A stretch of DNA of 64,000 nt. It comes from Gammaproteobacteria bacterium. Its GTDB lineage: Bacteria > Pseudomonadota > Gammaproteobacteria > GCA-001735895. This document shows positions 1 to 9,323 of this stretch, in pieces. Position 1 is the stretch's first letter; each line of letters opens with the position of its first letter. Under the pieces are notes generated by a model. That model worked only from the letters and a program-made list of their open reading frames with translations, had not been told where the DNA came from and did not search any database. The DNA is taken from contig JAAEMR010000159.1 in the NCBI GenBank assembly GCA_024225395.1, positions 811 through 64,810 of the forward strand. Direction: 5' to 3'. The translations under genes and the position numbers were made by a program.

Positions 1-1947
1 AGGCAACTCGGGTTGATCAAATGATCTACCTGATATATTTATGGCCAGTGGAGGCATATCAGTATTACCCCCAAGTAACTGGCAGGCCTTCTTAATAACC
101 CACCGGTCAATATCAAGAATCTTGCCCGTCTTTTCAGCAAAAGGAATAAATATGCCTGGGTATATGAGTTGTCCAGGATCATCTTCATCTTTCAATCTGA
201 TTAATGCTTCCAGATGGACCAACTTACCTGTTTTAACGCAAAAAACACCCTGGAAATGTAGCTCAAACAGGTCTTGCTCAAGGGCACTGTCAATTTTTTC
301 ATTCCAGCTTAAACGATCCAGAGATACGCTACTGCCCGGTGTAATGTCACTATAAATTGACAGGGTGTTTTTACCACGGGATTTTGCGTCATACATGGCA
401 ATATCGGCTTGTGATAATAAATCATTACAGTTACCTGACTCACGTGAGCAAAATGAACACCCCAGACTTGCCGTTAAACGAACTTGATTATCATCAAACC
501 TGAAACTGATTTTTGAAATTTCCCGAATCAATCGTTGAGCTAATGATTTTATTTCACTTACAGATGTCATGATAGACAGAACGGCAAACTCATCCCCGCC
601 AAGTCGAAAAAACAAATCGGAGGGGCGGATGATAATGTTTACCGCATTTACAATACTAATCAGTACGGAATCTCCCTGTTCATGACCGTAATTATCATTG
701 ATAAGTTTAAACTCATCCAGGTCAAAGAAAAACAATACTAGCAATTCATCGTTGCGTTTGATTAACGAGTGCATCAGGGCTATTTCAGTCTGAAATTTAT
801 GCCGATTATAGAGTCCGGTTAAAGCATCTCGCTCTGCCAGATAGATTAGTTTTTGATTGGCTTGATGTTTTTCAGTGACATCCTCAAATAGTATTAAATT
901 ACCGTAAGTTTCGTTATTATGAGAAGTGATTTCAATCTGGTTTTTAAGCACTATTTTTTGATTATCCAGGTGTAGTTCTGTCTGGATCTGATTGTCCTTA
1001 CTGGAAACCTGTTCAATTTCATTGACAATTTTTGCAGACGATTTGCTTTGAAATGATTCTACGGGAACACCTGTAACAGTTGTACCCTCGGGGATATGCC
1101 AGATTTTGTTAAAAGCCTTATTCACATAGCTAATCACGCCTCGAGTATTTTCAAACACAATGGCAATGTCCATCGCATTAAGCAAAGTATTTAAACGTTG
1201 CTGCTCTTTAAATAAATTTTGATTATGTTGCTCAAGCTGCTGCAAATGCTTTTTATCACGTCTGCTCAAATATCTCATCATTAAAAAAATACTGAAATAA
1301 ATTGAGCTAAAGACTAATGACGCTGCCACAATATTCCGATAATAGATTTTCATCATATTGTTCAGAATATTGCTATTTTGATAACGAATAAGACGAATAC
1401 CCAAAATATCATTCAATTTATAATCATATCCCGTCGAATAAAGTTCACGAATCACTGCAGGAGCAGTTTCTTTTGATCCGTGACAAGTTAAGCACTTAGA
1501 CTTAACCCTGAGAACATTTGCATACAGAAACTGACCATTTTCCAGAGCCATGACTTTTTCTTTTTTATCAGGATTTTGAACAAAGAAATCCATGAGTATT
1601 TTTTCAGTCTCTGTAACCATGTTTTCAGGGTTCATCGGGTTCATGGATACAGTTCTCAAGTGAGCATTGGTATCACCGATCTCAGAAAAGAGCTTACTGA
1701 TTTCAGGTAATCGTAAGACAGGGCGTAATTGCAAACTTTCCTTGTCCAGAGGGATTTTTAGCTGATTTATAAGGTTTGAATAACTGTGACCAAAAGACTG
1801 AACCATATGGTTAAGAGATCGAGCTTCATGGATAGCTGCCTGCATATAGGTTTGCTGAATATCTCTATATTCCTTGGTAAATTTTAATATGATAACCAGT
1901 GTTAATATCGTAAAGAAAATGAGCAATAACCGGGTTTCTTTTTTCAT
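1..1947 (-). CDS. Membrane sensor diguanylate cyclase/phosphodiesterase: periplasmic CxxCH heme-c (DUF3365/Tll0287-like) domain, TM, PAS, GGDEF, EAL. The C-terminus runs past the window start.
   Basis: Reverse-strand translation from ATG at 1947-1945 (MKKETRLLLIFF...). It shows SKCLTCHG (CxxCH) between two TM segments, then ...RDALTGLYNRHKF...LGGDEFAVL (GGDEF) and ...HLEALIRLKDEDD (EAL) before reaching position 1 with no stop. Confidence 0.75.
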   Translation of the reverse strand, partial: MKKETRLLLIFFTILTLVIILKFTKEYRDIQQTYMQAAIHEARSLNHMVQSFGHSYSNLINQLKIPLDKESLQLRPVLRLPEISKLFSEIGDTNAHLRTVSMNPMNPENMVTETEKILMDFFVQNPDKKEKVMALENGQFLYANVLRVKSKCLTCHGSKETAPAVIRELYSTGYDYKLNDILGIRLIRYQNSNILNNMMKIYYRNIVAASLVFSSIYFSIFLMMRYLSRRDKKHLQQLEQHNQNLFKEQQRLNTLLNAMDIAIVFENTRGVISYVNKAFNKIWHIPEGTTVTGVPVESFQSKSSAKIVNEIEQVSSKDNQIQTELHLDNQKIVLKNQIEITSHNNETYGNLILFEDVTEKHQANQKLIYLAERDALTGLYNRHKFQTEIALMHSLIKRNDELLVLFFFDLDEFKLINDNYGHEQGDSVLISIVNAVNIIIRPSDLFFRLGGDEFAVLSIMTSVSEIKSLAQRLIREISKISFRFDDNQVRLTASLGCSFCSRESGNCNDLLSQADIAMYDAKSRGKNTLSIYSDITPGSSVSLDRLSWNEKIDSALEQDLFELHFQGVFCVKTGKLVHLEALIRLKDEDDPGQLIYPGIFIPFAEKTGKILDIDRWVIKKACQLLGGNTDMPPLAINISGRSFDQPELP

Positions 1948-2041
1948 TTGAAATTAATTTCACTAAATATATCTAAGCTTACGAATTTAAACTCCATTTA
2001 TCTTATATAGCAGGAAAGCAAAGTTTAGTTTAGTTTTATAA

Positions 2042-2236
2042 CGCAGAACACCAGAACAACGGCACAAATCCATGACCAGGGCGCAACGTCTGAAGCGATT
2101 ACTCAGCATCGATGCATCGATCTGTCCGACATGCGAAGGCAAAGCCAGGGTGAAAGCCTGTATCGAGGCTCAGGTGGTCATCAACAAGATACAAAAACAT
2201 TTACAGGACATAAGGAGCATTGCCGCCACCGCCTAA
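2042..2236 (+). mobile_element. IS91-family (rolling-circle) transposase C-terminal remnant
   Basis: Short open frame: ...MTRAQRLKRLLSIDASICPTCEGKARVKACIEAQVVINKIQKHLQDIRSIAATA*. It resembles the C-terminal Cys-x2-C / I-x-K-I-L-x-H-L tail I recall for IS91/ISCR transposases. An in-frame stop lies just upstream (2039-2041), so only a fragment remains. Confidence 0.35.
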
Positions 2237-2492
2237 TCTGTTACCTGCTACGCGGACCTCGCCAGAATCAGACTGGTTTGCATAGCACCGTTTTTTTACA
2301 CCACCTATCGCTACACATTTACAGCAAATTCCCGGCTTTGTGGGCCAGAGTTGTCTAAGCTATTGACAATTCACCCGCATGAGACACCATTAATGCACAG
2401 AAAAGATAAAAGTAATTGACTGAAACGATCAGGATTGAATTTGGACGCATTGCCACAAGATAGTGGATTAATTAACAGTTAACTGCATACTT

Positions 2493-2855
2493 ATGGCATC
2501 GTATCATCCAGCAAAAATTATTTTGCACCAGTCTTCCCGAATTTTGGAAATTGAATTTAATAATGGTGATCTATTTAAATTGCCCTGCGAATACTTGCGA
2601 GTCTTTTCTCCTTCGGCAGAAGTGAGAGCCCACACTGGAGAGGTGAGTATCTGGATTACCGGGAAGGAGCAGGTGAATATCAAAAAAATACAGCCAATCG
2701 GACAATATGCCATCAAGTTGTTTTTCGATGATGGTCATAATTCCGGGCTTTTTGATTGGGACATGCTGCACACGCTTGGGAAAGACTATGAAAAAAAATG
2801 GCAACACTACCTGACAAAATGCGAAAGTATGGGTGTGGATAGAAACAGTGGGTAA
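2493..2855 (+). CDS. DUF971 (gamma-butyrobetaine hydroxylase-like N-terminal domain) protein
   Basis: 120 aa. The motif ...CEYLRVFSPSAEVRAHTGE...FFDDGHNSGLFDWDMLHTLG is a clear paralog of the N-terminal half of the 204-aa ORF at 47222-47836 (FEYLRVFSPSAEVRVAKKRGE...LFDDGHDTGVYSWKTLKELG). Confidence 0.6.
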   Translation: MASYHPAKIILHQSSRILEIEFNNGDLFKLPCEYLRVFSPSAEVRAHTGEVSIWITGKEQVNIKKIQPIGQYAIKLFFDDGHNSGLFDWDMLHTLGKDYEKKWQHYLTKCESMGVDRNSG

Positions 2856-2979
2856 TTTACTCACGGGTCAGTTAACCACCTATAATTGTATTTACAATTT
2901 TTATATATTGATTACAAACAATATAGCGACCTGGAACTTTTGATTGCACAGGTGACTAACTCGTCCAATTTACGAGTAG

Positions 2980-3234
2980 TCAAAACATATTTTCTCTTTG
3001 ATCAGTGTTCTCCGGTTTGGCAAATTGGGTGTCAACTCGAGGGGTAATGAATATTTTCATTATTTCGGCTGAAAGTTCTCCATCAGCAGTAATAGCGACA
3101 GACCATTTAGGTATGGCCTGGATCAACCAAACCAGAAAAACAAAAATAACAAATTTACGGCTTTTTGATAGTTGTTGATAGTACGACTGCAAACTTACTG
3201 ATGGCAGAGCTGACGTTGACGAATTAGTGTTCAT
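2980..3234 (-). CDS. hypothetical small membrane protein
   Basis: 84-aa ORF with one hydrophobic stretch (FVIFVFLVWLIQAIP). No recognisable family. Confidence 0.2.
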   Translation of the reverse strand: MNTNSSTSALPSVSLQSYYQQLSKSRKFVIFVFLVWLIQAIPKWSVAITADGELSAEIMKIFITPRVDTQFAKPENTDQRENMF

Positions 3235-3538
3235 GTATTCACCTTAATAAACAGTTATGCTGCATTACCTGAATAGTGTTTTCTAGATGCAAATCTCATC
3301 AGGGACTTGTGTTATCGATAAACTACCAGCAGCTTGGTGAAGTACATGTGAAGTATCGGTGAAATTTAAGTGATGAAACCAATAATGCGGTCAATTTGCT
3401 TCTAATCAGCTGAGTTGAGGTGTTTTATAGATTGAACCCGGCGTTGAGAGATGGCATTCATGCAGATTGGTATTTACCTGATTAGAAATGCCAGTCTCTT
3501 TCTTCATCGATTTATTATCAACAGGTAATCAATTCCTG

Positions 3539-4561
3539 CTAATTTGGATCAACTATAGAGATGGCTGTTTCTGAGTCCCAGATTCTCGCCCATACCCATT
3601 TGAGACCCTGTAGATCGAGTTCAGTCTTAACTCGTTCTGCCAATATGGGTTGCGGATGAGGATTACTCATTTTCGCTACCGCGAATTTGAATACATAATC
3701 CGGCTCTGAGCCCATACGTAAATCACTCACAATAATACGATCTTGCTGCAAAGAAGCGGCATAAAAATCTTTGGTAAACCATTCAAGGCGCTGTATTGAT
3801 TTATTGTTAGTAATTGCTTGAAGCAGGTGTAATGAACGGGGATATTGCTTGAATGTTATTGTCTGGCTTTCATCAAAAATAGAGTAATAGCCTTCAAAGT
3901 AGTAATCTTCGTTTACAGCTAATACACGCCAGAGGAGTGTGTTAAAAGGAGCAGGGGTTGTCAGCACGGAACTGGCATTGATCTGCACGTTTTCCAATGT
4001 ATTATGAGCAATCGCATCGACATGCAGTTTTACCGTCAGGCTCCATAAAAGATAGACATTACTGATTGCAAGTCCGGTAAGGTTGATTGCGCGTCCAAAC
4101 GATTTTTTGCGAGCGCTGAGCTGAGCCGTCAATACACCGATAAGGAGGGGTATAGTGTATGCCGGATCGATTATGAAAATAGTCGACCAGGTCATCGGGG
4201 TCGTCACAATTGGCCAGAAAATCTGGGTGCCATAAACAGTAAAGCTATCGAGTAGTACATGTGTTGCAAAAGCCAGGTAAACCATGACATGCAAACGATA
4301 GTTATATTTCGAGATGTCAGGATGTAGTTTCCTGATTAACCAGACAATCAAAGGGGTGATGATGGCAAGAACCAGTAGTGAATGACTGGCACTGCGATGA
4401 TAAGTGAAGTCACTGATGGCATTCGACAACGGAACTAATACATCCAGGTCTGGCAGAGTGCCGCACACAGCGCCCCACAGGGCCGCACGTCGACCAATCT
4501 GTCGGCCGGCACTTGCTTCAGCAGTAGCAGCACCAAGCAATAATTGTGTTACCGAATCCAT
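3539..4561 (-). CDS. membrane-bound metal-dependent hydrolase (YdjM/DUF457-like N-terminal domain plus C-terminal extension)
   Basis: 340 aa. N-terminus MDSVTQLLLGAATAEAS...TLPDLDVLVP...SHSLL followed by several TM helices, typical of LexA-regulon YdjM-type inner membrane hydrolases. Confidence 0.5.
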   Translation of the reverse strand: MDSVTQLLLGAATAEASAGRQIGRRAALWGAVCGTLPDLDVLVPLSNAISDFTYHRSASHSLLVLAIITPLIVWLIRKLHPDISKYNYRLHVMVYLAFATHVLLDSFTVYGTQIFWPIVTTPMTWSTIFIIDPAYTIPLLIGVLTAQLSARKKSFGRAINLTGLAISNVYLLWSLTVKLHVDAIAHNTLENVQINASSVLTTPAPFNTLLWRVLAVNEDYYFEGYYSIFDESQTITFKQYPRSLHLLQAITNNKSIQRLEWFTKDFYAASLQQDRIIVSDLRMGSEPDYVFKFAVAKMSNPHPQPILAERVKTELDLQGLKWVWARIWDSETAISIVDPN

Positions 4562-5109
4562 GTTTCCTCAAATAGGTTCATTAATATTCTACTGATAACC
4601 AGAAAAAAATACGAATAGATTAGCCTCAATCTAACAGGCATAAGTAAAGCATCAGGATTGTTCTGACTGGTTTCTATACCCGTAACCTTAAGTTGTGGAT
4701 GATAAAATTATTTGCAAATTTTTTTTAGGTTATCTTGCTATCGCAGGTATTATGGGTGCAGTACATCATGTAATTTACCTTTGTAATATGGGTGAAATGC
4801 ATACTATGTATCAATGGATTAACCGCAATTCCAACGGTATCTTTCACTATTAAACCATGATCTGATAGCAATGTTTTTTATTTCCTGCGTAAATTCAGCA
4901 TGATGACTGGATTAGCTGGCGTTTAGGGTGAGATTCCGGGGCTGGTTTCCTGCCATGATATGTAGAGGTGTGGTGTTTATTCTTCTTTTACTTTTTTAAT
5001 ACTATAAGGTCTTTATAATAAATTAATAAATAACAAAGCAAATAATAACACCGAAATATTCAGGGCTTTTAATGCAACACTGCTCATCTGATTCTGATTA
5101 ATGCATCCA

Positions 5110-6033
5110 TCACTTTGTCGTCTGCACTTCATACTGCACCCAAAGTTGATGCACATTTCCAGGTTCGATTGTCACCACATCTTCTGCGGCATTACTGCTT
5201 TCGACGCAGAGCATTTTTTTATAGCCCTGCTCACCCAGGTCACCCATTTTATCAGCCGTTTTCTGCCATGGATTCCATACCACAGTAGAGTGACTTCCTG
5301 CTTTTCTGATGATGATATTTCTGTTGAACTGTTGATCTTCAATAATGCAATCATTAAAAGTATTAAGATACACCCTGTCAACTTCTTCTGTTATCACTAC
5401 CGGCCCAAGCTGGCATTTACGTTTGAAGCTTTCCAGCTTATCAAGATAATCAGTATGCTCAAGACCATGCAATAGAACCTTACTGACATCTGATATTTTA
5501 AAATAAGTATGCAATGCCTGACCAACAGTTACGGCTCTGTCACCGTTATTGTGAGTGATAAGCTCAAGTTCGAGCTTGTGACCAATAGTGACGGAGAACT
5601 GGATGGTCGTTCCGGGCAGCCACATATGATCATTTCCCGGCTGTCTTTGCATGGTCAAAATTACGCGGGTGCTACCATCATCCAGCGCTTCGGTACTCAG
5701 TATGTCCCAACTGGTTGTTCGAGCAAAACCGTGTGCGGGAAAATCAGTGTCAGATTCATGAGCACCAAACCAGGGCCAGCAAACAGGAATACCTCCACGG
5801 ATTGATTTACCTGCTAAAAATTTGACATCTTCCGATAGCCAGATGACTTCTTCTTCACCTTCCGGAATCCAGCTTAAAAGATGCGCGCCCTGCAAGTTTA
5901 TTAAAGCACTGGCCTGAGCATTTTTTATGTGTATGACAGGGAGATAGCCTTCACCATTTTTTATTCTCAGCGTATTGTTTTTATTTTGGAGAGAGAACTG
6001 TTTGTTTAAATCTTCTATTTCGATTGTTTTCAT
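5110..6033 (-). CDS. yeaD: D-hexose-6-phosphate mutarotase (glucose-6-phosphate 1-epimerase, aldose-1-epimerase family)
   Basis: 307 aa. Motif IRGGIPVCWPWFG...HGFAR is characteristic of YeaD-like mutarotases. Confidence 0.8.
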   Translation of the reverse strand: MKTIEIEDLNKQFSLQNKNNTLRIKNGEGYLPVIHIKNAQASALINLQGAHLLSWIPEGEEEVIWLSEDVKFLAGKSIRGGIPVCWPWFGAHESDTDFPAHGFARTTSWDILSTEALDDGSTRVILTMQRQPGNDHMWLPGTTIQFSVTIGHKLELELITHNNGDRAVTVGQALHTYFKISDVSKVLLHGLEHTDYLDKLESFKRKCQLGPVVITEEVDRVYLNTFNDCIIEDQQFNRNIIIRKAGSHSTVVWNPWQKTADKMGDLGEQGYKKMLCVESSNAAEDVVTIEPGNVHQLWVQYEVQTTK

Positions 6034-6140
6034 TGTTCAATTCTCGAGAGGTTCCTGCTAAGAGCATGCAGGAATGACGGTTCAGTGTAAATAGTTATAA
6101 ATGGCTATGTATGAAATCATGTGATTGTATTTTTTACCGT

Positions 6141-6190
6141 CATTACATCCACTGGTTGCGTAAACAGTGCTTCCCTGCACCACTTCTCCG
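6141..6190. repeat. ~49-bp conserved intergenic element, copy A (second copy at 13042-13092)
   Basis: CATTACATCCACTGGTTGCGTAAACAGTGCTTCCCTGCACCACTTCTCC vs CATTACATCCATTGGTTTCATAAACAGAGCATCTCCGCACCACTTCTCC, about 42/49 identical. This copy lies just 3' of nrdG and 5' of yeaD. Confidence 0.5.
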
Positions 6191-6198
6191 TTGTGGTT

Positions 6199-6924
6199 TT
6201 AAACAGAATCGGGATTGCGCATTTCAAAACTTGAAAACTGCCTGCTAAATTGATTGATAACAGATTGCTCCAGTTTAGGGGATGAAACCACTCTCCTTGA
6301 TTCATCCAGACAATGACCTGTTACACATTGTTGGATTACATAATTTTCAACACCCAGTTCAGTCAATTCCTTAACCAGTTCCGAGAGCTGCTGCTGGTTT
6401 AGCATATCAGGATGAACCGTGGTTCTGAATTCATAACTCACACCACTATCAATTACTGCTCTGGCACTTTTCCATGCCTTTTCACCCGAGCCTTTGACTC
6501 CGGTGATTTTATCGTAATCTTTTTTTGCAGATTTAATATCCAGACCAACCCAGTCAATCAATGGTAAAACCTGCTGTAATCGATCTGGATAAATACCCGC
6601 TGAGTGCAGACCAATCTTAAAGCCCATCGATTTAATCTGTTGCATGGCCTGTTCAAGGCCGGATTGCAGGGTGGGCTCCCCTCCACTGAATACCACGGCA
6701 TCCAGAAGATCTTTGCGTTTTTCTAGAAAAATTAAAACATCCGACCAGGCAATCGTATTTATACTTTTGGAAGGTAACAGATCTGTATTCTGACAATAGC
6801 CACAGGACCAGGGACAGCCCTGCATAAATATCACTGCCGCCAGTTCACCGGGGTAGTCAATAGTTGTCAGTGGCGTTAAACCGCCAACAACTATTTCTTT
6901 CTCAATGTCCAGTTTTGTTTTCAT
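6199..6924 (-). CDS. nrdG: anaerobic ribonucleoside-triphosphate reductase activating protein (radical SAM)
   Basis: 241 aa with the FMQGCPWSCGYCQN radical-SAM cluster motif, immediately downstream of nrdD. Confidence 0.85.
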   Translation of the reverse strand: MKTKLDIEKEIVVGGLTPLTTIDYPGELAAVIFMQGCPWSCGYCQNTDLLPSKSINTIAWSDVLIFLEKRKDLLDAVVFSGGEPTLQSGLEQAMQQIKSMGFKIGLHSAGIYPDRLQQVLPLIDWVGLDIKSAKKDYDKITGVKGSGEKAWKSARAVIDSGVSYEFRTTVHPDMLNQQQLSELVKELTELGVENYVIQQCVTGHCLDESRRVVSSPKLEQSVINQFSRQFSSFEMRNPDSV

Positions 6925-7063
6925 GAAAAAATTGGCGGTCAGAATGTTCTGACTGTTTCCCCGGATTAAATGACGTTACCGGACGGTGATAACCCATAAC
7001 ACGGGTCCAGACTTCACAGCGTGTACGCTCTTCCTCTTTTAACTCAATGGATTGTGCTTGCAT
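6902..7063 (-). CDS. 53-aa ORF carrying the class III RNR glycyl-radical motif (split or frameshifted C-terminus of NrdD)
   Basis: MQAQSIELKEEERTRCEVWTRVMGYHRPVTSFNPGKQSEHSDRQFFHENKTGH. TRVMGY-x-RPV matches the RVxGY glycyl radical loop of NrdD. It has its own GGAG SD plus an in-frame TAG directly before the ATG. It overlaps the nrdD stop (different frame) and the nrdG start. Confidence 0.5.
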   Translation of the reverse strand: MQAQSIELKEEERTRCEVWTRVMGYHRPVTSFNPGKQSEHSDRQFFHENKTGH

Positions 7064-9107
7064 CTATATTCTCCTGTTTGTTTAGTTGTATTTGTTTTTC
7101 GATTAATAACTCTTCATCACAGCGTGGGCAAAATTCATGTTCGCCACTCAGGTAGCCATGTTCCGGGCAGATTGAAAAGGTCGGGGTGATGGTGATGTAG
7201 GGCAGATGAAAATTACCCAGTGATCGTTTTACCAGTTTTTTACAGGCTTCAATACTCGAAATACGCTCATTCATGTATAGATGTAAAACCGTGCCACCGG
7301 TGTATTTGCGTTGCAGCTCATCCTGCATTTCAAGTGCTTCGAAAGGATCGTCGGTGTAACCCACTGGCAACTGTGATGAGTTGGTGTAATAGGGTCTATC
7401 AATGGTTCCGGCCTGTAAAATACCCGGATAACGTTTACGATCTTCCCTGGCAAAACGATAGGTTGTACCTTCAGCAGGAGTCGCTTCGAGGTTATACATA
7501 TTCCCGGTTTGTTCCTGAAACTCGACCATACGCTGACGAATATGATCAAGCAAACGGACAGCCAGTGCTTTGCCTTCGGTGGTGGTGATATCATCCTCAT
7601 CGTCACTAAAGTTACGGATCATTTCATTGATGCCATTCACTCCGATGGTAGAGAAATGATTACGTAAGGTTCCCAGGTATCGTTTGCTGTAAGGAAATAA
7701 TCCCGCATCCAGGTGGCGCTGAATAACTTTACGTTTTATCTCCAGACTATTGCGAGCAATGTTGAGTAAATCATCAAGCTGAGTCAACAGCTTGTCTTCA
7801 TCTCCCTGGTACAGGTGACCTAATCGTGCACAGTTAATCGTGACTACACCCAGTGATCCGGTTTGCTCTGCTGAACCAAACAGACCATTGCCGCGCTTCA
7901 GCAATTCAGTCAAATCCAGTTGCAGGCGACAGCACATGGAACGAATCATGTTAGGTTTGAGTTCAGAGTTAAGAAAATTCTGGAAATACGGTAAGCCATA
8001 CTTTGATGTCATTTCAAACAACCGATCAGCATTTTCTGAATCCCAGATAAAATCATCGGTGATGTTGTAGGTGGGAATAGGAAAGGTGAATACCCGACCT
8101 TTGGCGTCACCCGCCATCATCACTTCGATGTAAGCCCGGTTGATCAGGTCCATTTCAACCTGCAAATCTCCATAAGTAAAGTCCTGCTCTTCACCGGCAA
8201 TAACAGGCACCTGATCCTGCAAATCTTCCGGGCATACCCAGTCAAATGTCAGGTTGGTAAAAGGGGTTTGTGTTCCCCACCTGGAAGGCACATTCAGGTT
8301 GTAAATCAGTTCCTGCATTTGCTGACGTACCTGTTCGAAAGTTAAGTTATCCTTACGCACATAGGCTGCCATGTAGGTATCGAATGAACTAAATGCCTGT
8401 GCGCCCGCCCATTCATTTTGCAAGGTGCCGAGAAAGTTGACTATCTGCCCCACGGCCGAAGACATGTGCTTAGGCGGCCCGGCTTCCACGCGTCCCTGAA
8501 TACCGTTCAAACCTTCATTTAACAGCGTGCGTAACGACCAGCCAGCACAGTAACCTGCCAGCATATCCAGGTCATGAATATGAATATCACCTTCACGGTG
8601 CGCTTCACCAATTTCGGGGGGATAAACATGGCTGAGCCAGTAATTCGCTATCATTTTACCCGAGGTATTGAGGATCAGGCCACCCAGTGAGTAGCCCTGA
8701 TTGGCGTTAGCATTTACCCGCCAGTCTGACTTATCCAGGTATTCGTTGACTGCGGAAGATACATCAACCAGGGTACGTTTATCCTCTCTCAGCTTATTGT
8801 GCTGCTCACGATAAACAATATAAGCTCGGGCCGTTTCCATATGATTCGCCGATATGAGTACCTGCTCAACCACATCCTGCACGGCTTCGATATCGGGTAC
8901 TTGACGATTACTATAACGATGACTTAACACCTTAATAACCTGTCGGGTTAGTAGCTGAGCTTCAAAACTATCGAACTCAGTAGTGGCCTGACCGGCCTTT
9001 TCGAGGGCTTTCTCTATACGGTTTCTATCAAACGAGACTTCTACTCCATCTCTTTTAATTAACCGTTGTGGTAATGAAATAATATCTTTTGCGGCTTCTG
9101 ACGTCAT
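7044..9107 (-). CDS. nrdD: anaerobic ribonucleoside-triphosphate reductase (class III RNR) catalytic subunit
   Basis: 687 aa with an ATP-cone-like N-terminus, conserved core, and a C-terminal Zn ribbon (CPEHGYLSGEHEFCPRCDEE). The glycyl-radical motif itself is not in this frame. Confidence 0.9.
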   Translation of the reverse strand: MTSEAAKDIISLPQRLIKRDGVEVSFDRNRIEKALEKAGQATTEFDSFEAQLLTRQVIKVLSHRYSNRQVPDIEAVQDVVEQVLISANHMETARAYIVYREQHNKLREDKRTLVDVSSAVNEYLDKSDWRVNANANQGYSLGGLILNTSGKMIANYWLSHVYPPEIGEAHREGDIHIHDLDMLAGYCAGWSLRTLLNEGLNGIQGRVEAGPPKHMSSAVGQIVNFLGTLQNEWAGAQAFSSFDTYMAAYVRKDNLTFEQVRQQMQELIYNLNVPSRWGTQTPFTNLTFDWVCPEDLQDQVPVIAGEEQDFTYGDLQVEMDLINRAYIEVMMAGDAKGRVFTFPIPTYNITDDFIWDSENADRLFEMTSKYGLPYFQNFLNSELKPNMIRSMCCRLQLDLTELLKRGNGLFGSAEQTGSLGVVTINCARLGHLYQGDEDKLLTQLDDLLNIARNSLEIKRKVIQRHLDAGLFPYSKRYLGTLRNHFSTIGVNGINEMIRNFSDDEDDITTTEGKALAVRLLDHIRQRMVEFQEQTGNMYNLEATPAEGTTYRFAREDRKRYPGILQAGTIDRPYYTNSSQLPVGYTDDPFEALEMQDELQRKYTGGTVLHLYMNERISSIEACKKLVKRSLGNFHLPYITITPTFSICPEHGYLSGEHEFCPRCDEELLIEKQIQLNKQENIDASTIH

Positions 9108-9197
9108 TTTAATCTCTCTTGGGTAATTTCCTTGATTACTATATATTGTTATTAGCTCTTATACACACCACTATATATTGTGCTTTTAAGCCTGGAA

Positions 9198-9211
9198 TTG
9201 ATTTATATCAA
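9198..9211. promoter_or_regulatory. FNR/CRP-family box TTGAT-TTAT-ATCAA
   Basis: Perfect TTGATnnnnATCAA palindrome at 9198-9211 in the divergent nrdD/ubiT intergenic region, about 98 nt upstream of the nrdD ATG and 113 nt upstream of the ubiT ATG. Confidence 0.45.
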
Positions 9212-9251
9212 TTTTATTTTCTAAAATTAAATAAGTAATTAATGAATTAGC

Positions 9252-9265
9252 CTGATTTAAATCAA
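9252..9265. promoter_or_regulatory. second FNR-like box cTGAT-TTAA-ATCAA
   Basis: 9/10 match to the FNR consensus, about 65 nt upstream of the ubiT start. Confidence 0.3.
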
Positions 9266-9323
9266 ATCAGTGTAGACAATTCTTGGCTACCATAGCGGGT
9301 TCACAAAGATAAGTAGAATATCC

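Noticed and set aside
41-355. Plus-strand 104-aa ORF and other short ORFs within 1-1947
   Set aside because: They lie antisense to the much longer, motif-rich GGDEF-EAL gene, have no recognisable features, and are best explained as shadow ORFs.
2363-2400. TTGACA ... TTAATG promoter-like hexamers upstream of the DUF971 gene
   Set aside because: The spacing and the -10 element are poor matches, and AT-rich intergenic DNA yields such matches by chance.
6117-6305. 62-aa minus-strand ORF overlapping the nrdG 3' end
   Set aside because: It overlaps nrdG in another frame. Its C-terminal similarity to a frame of the second 49-bp element copy is more economically explained by a nucleotide-level repeat than by a conserved peptide.
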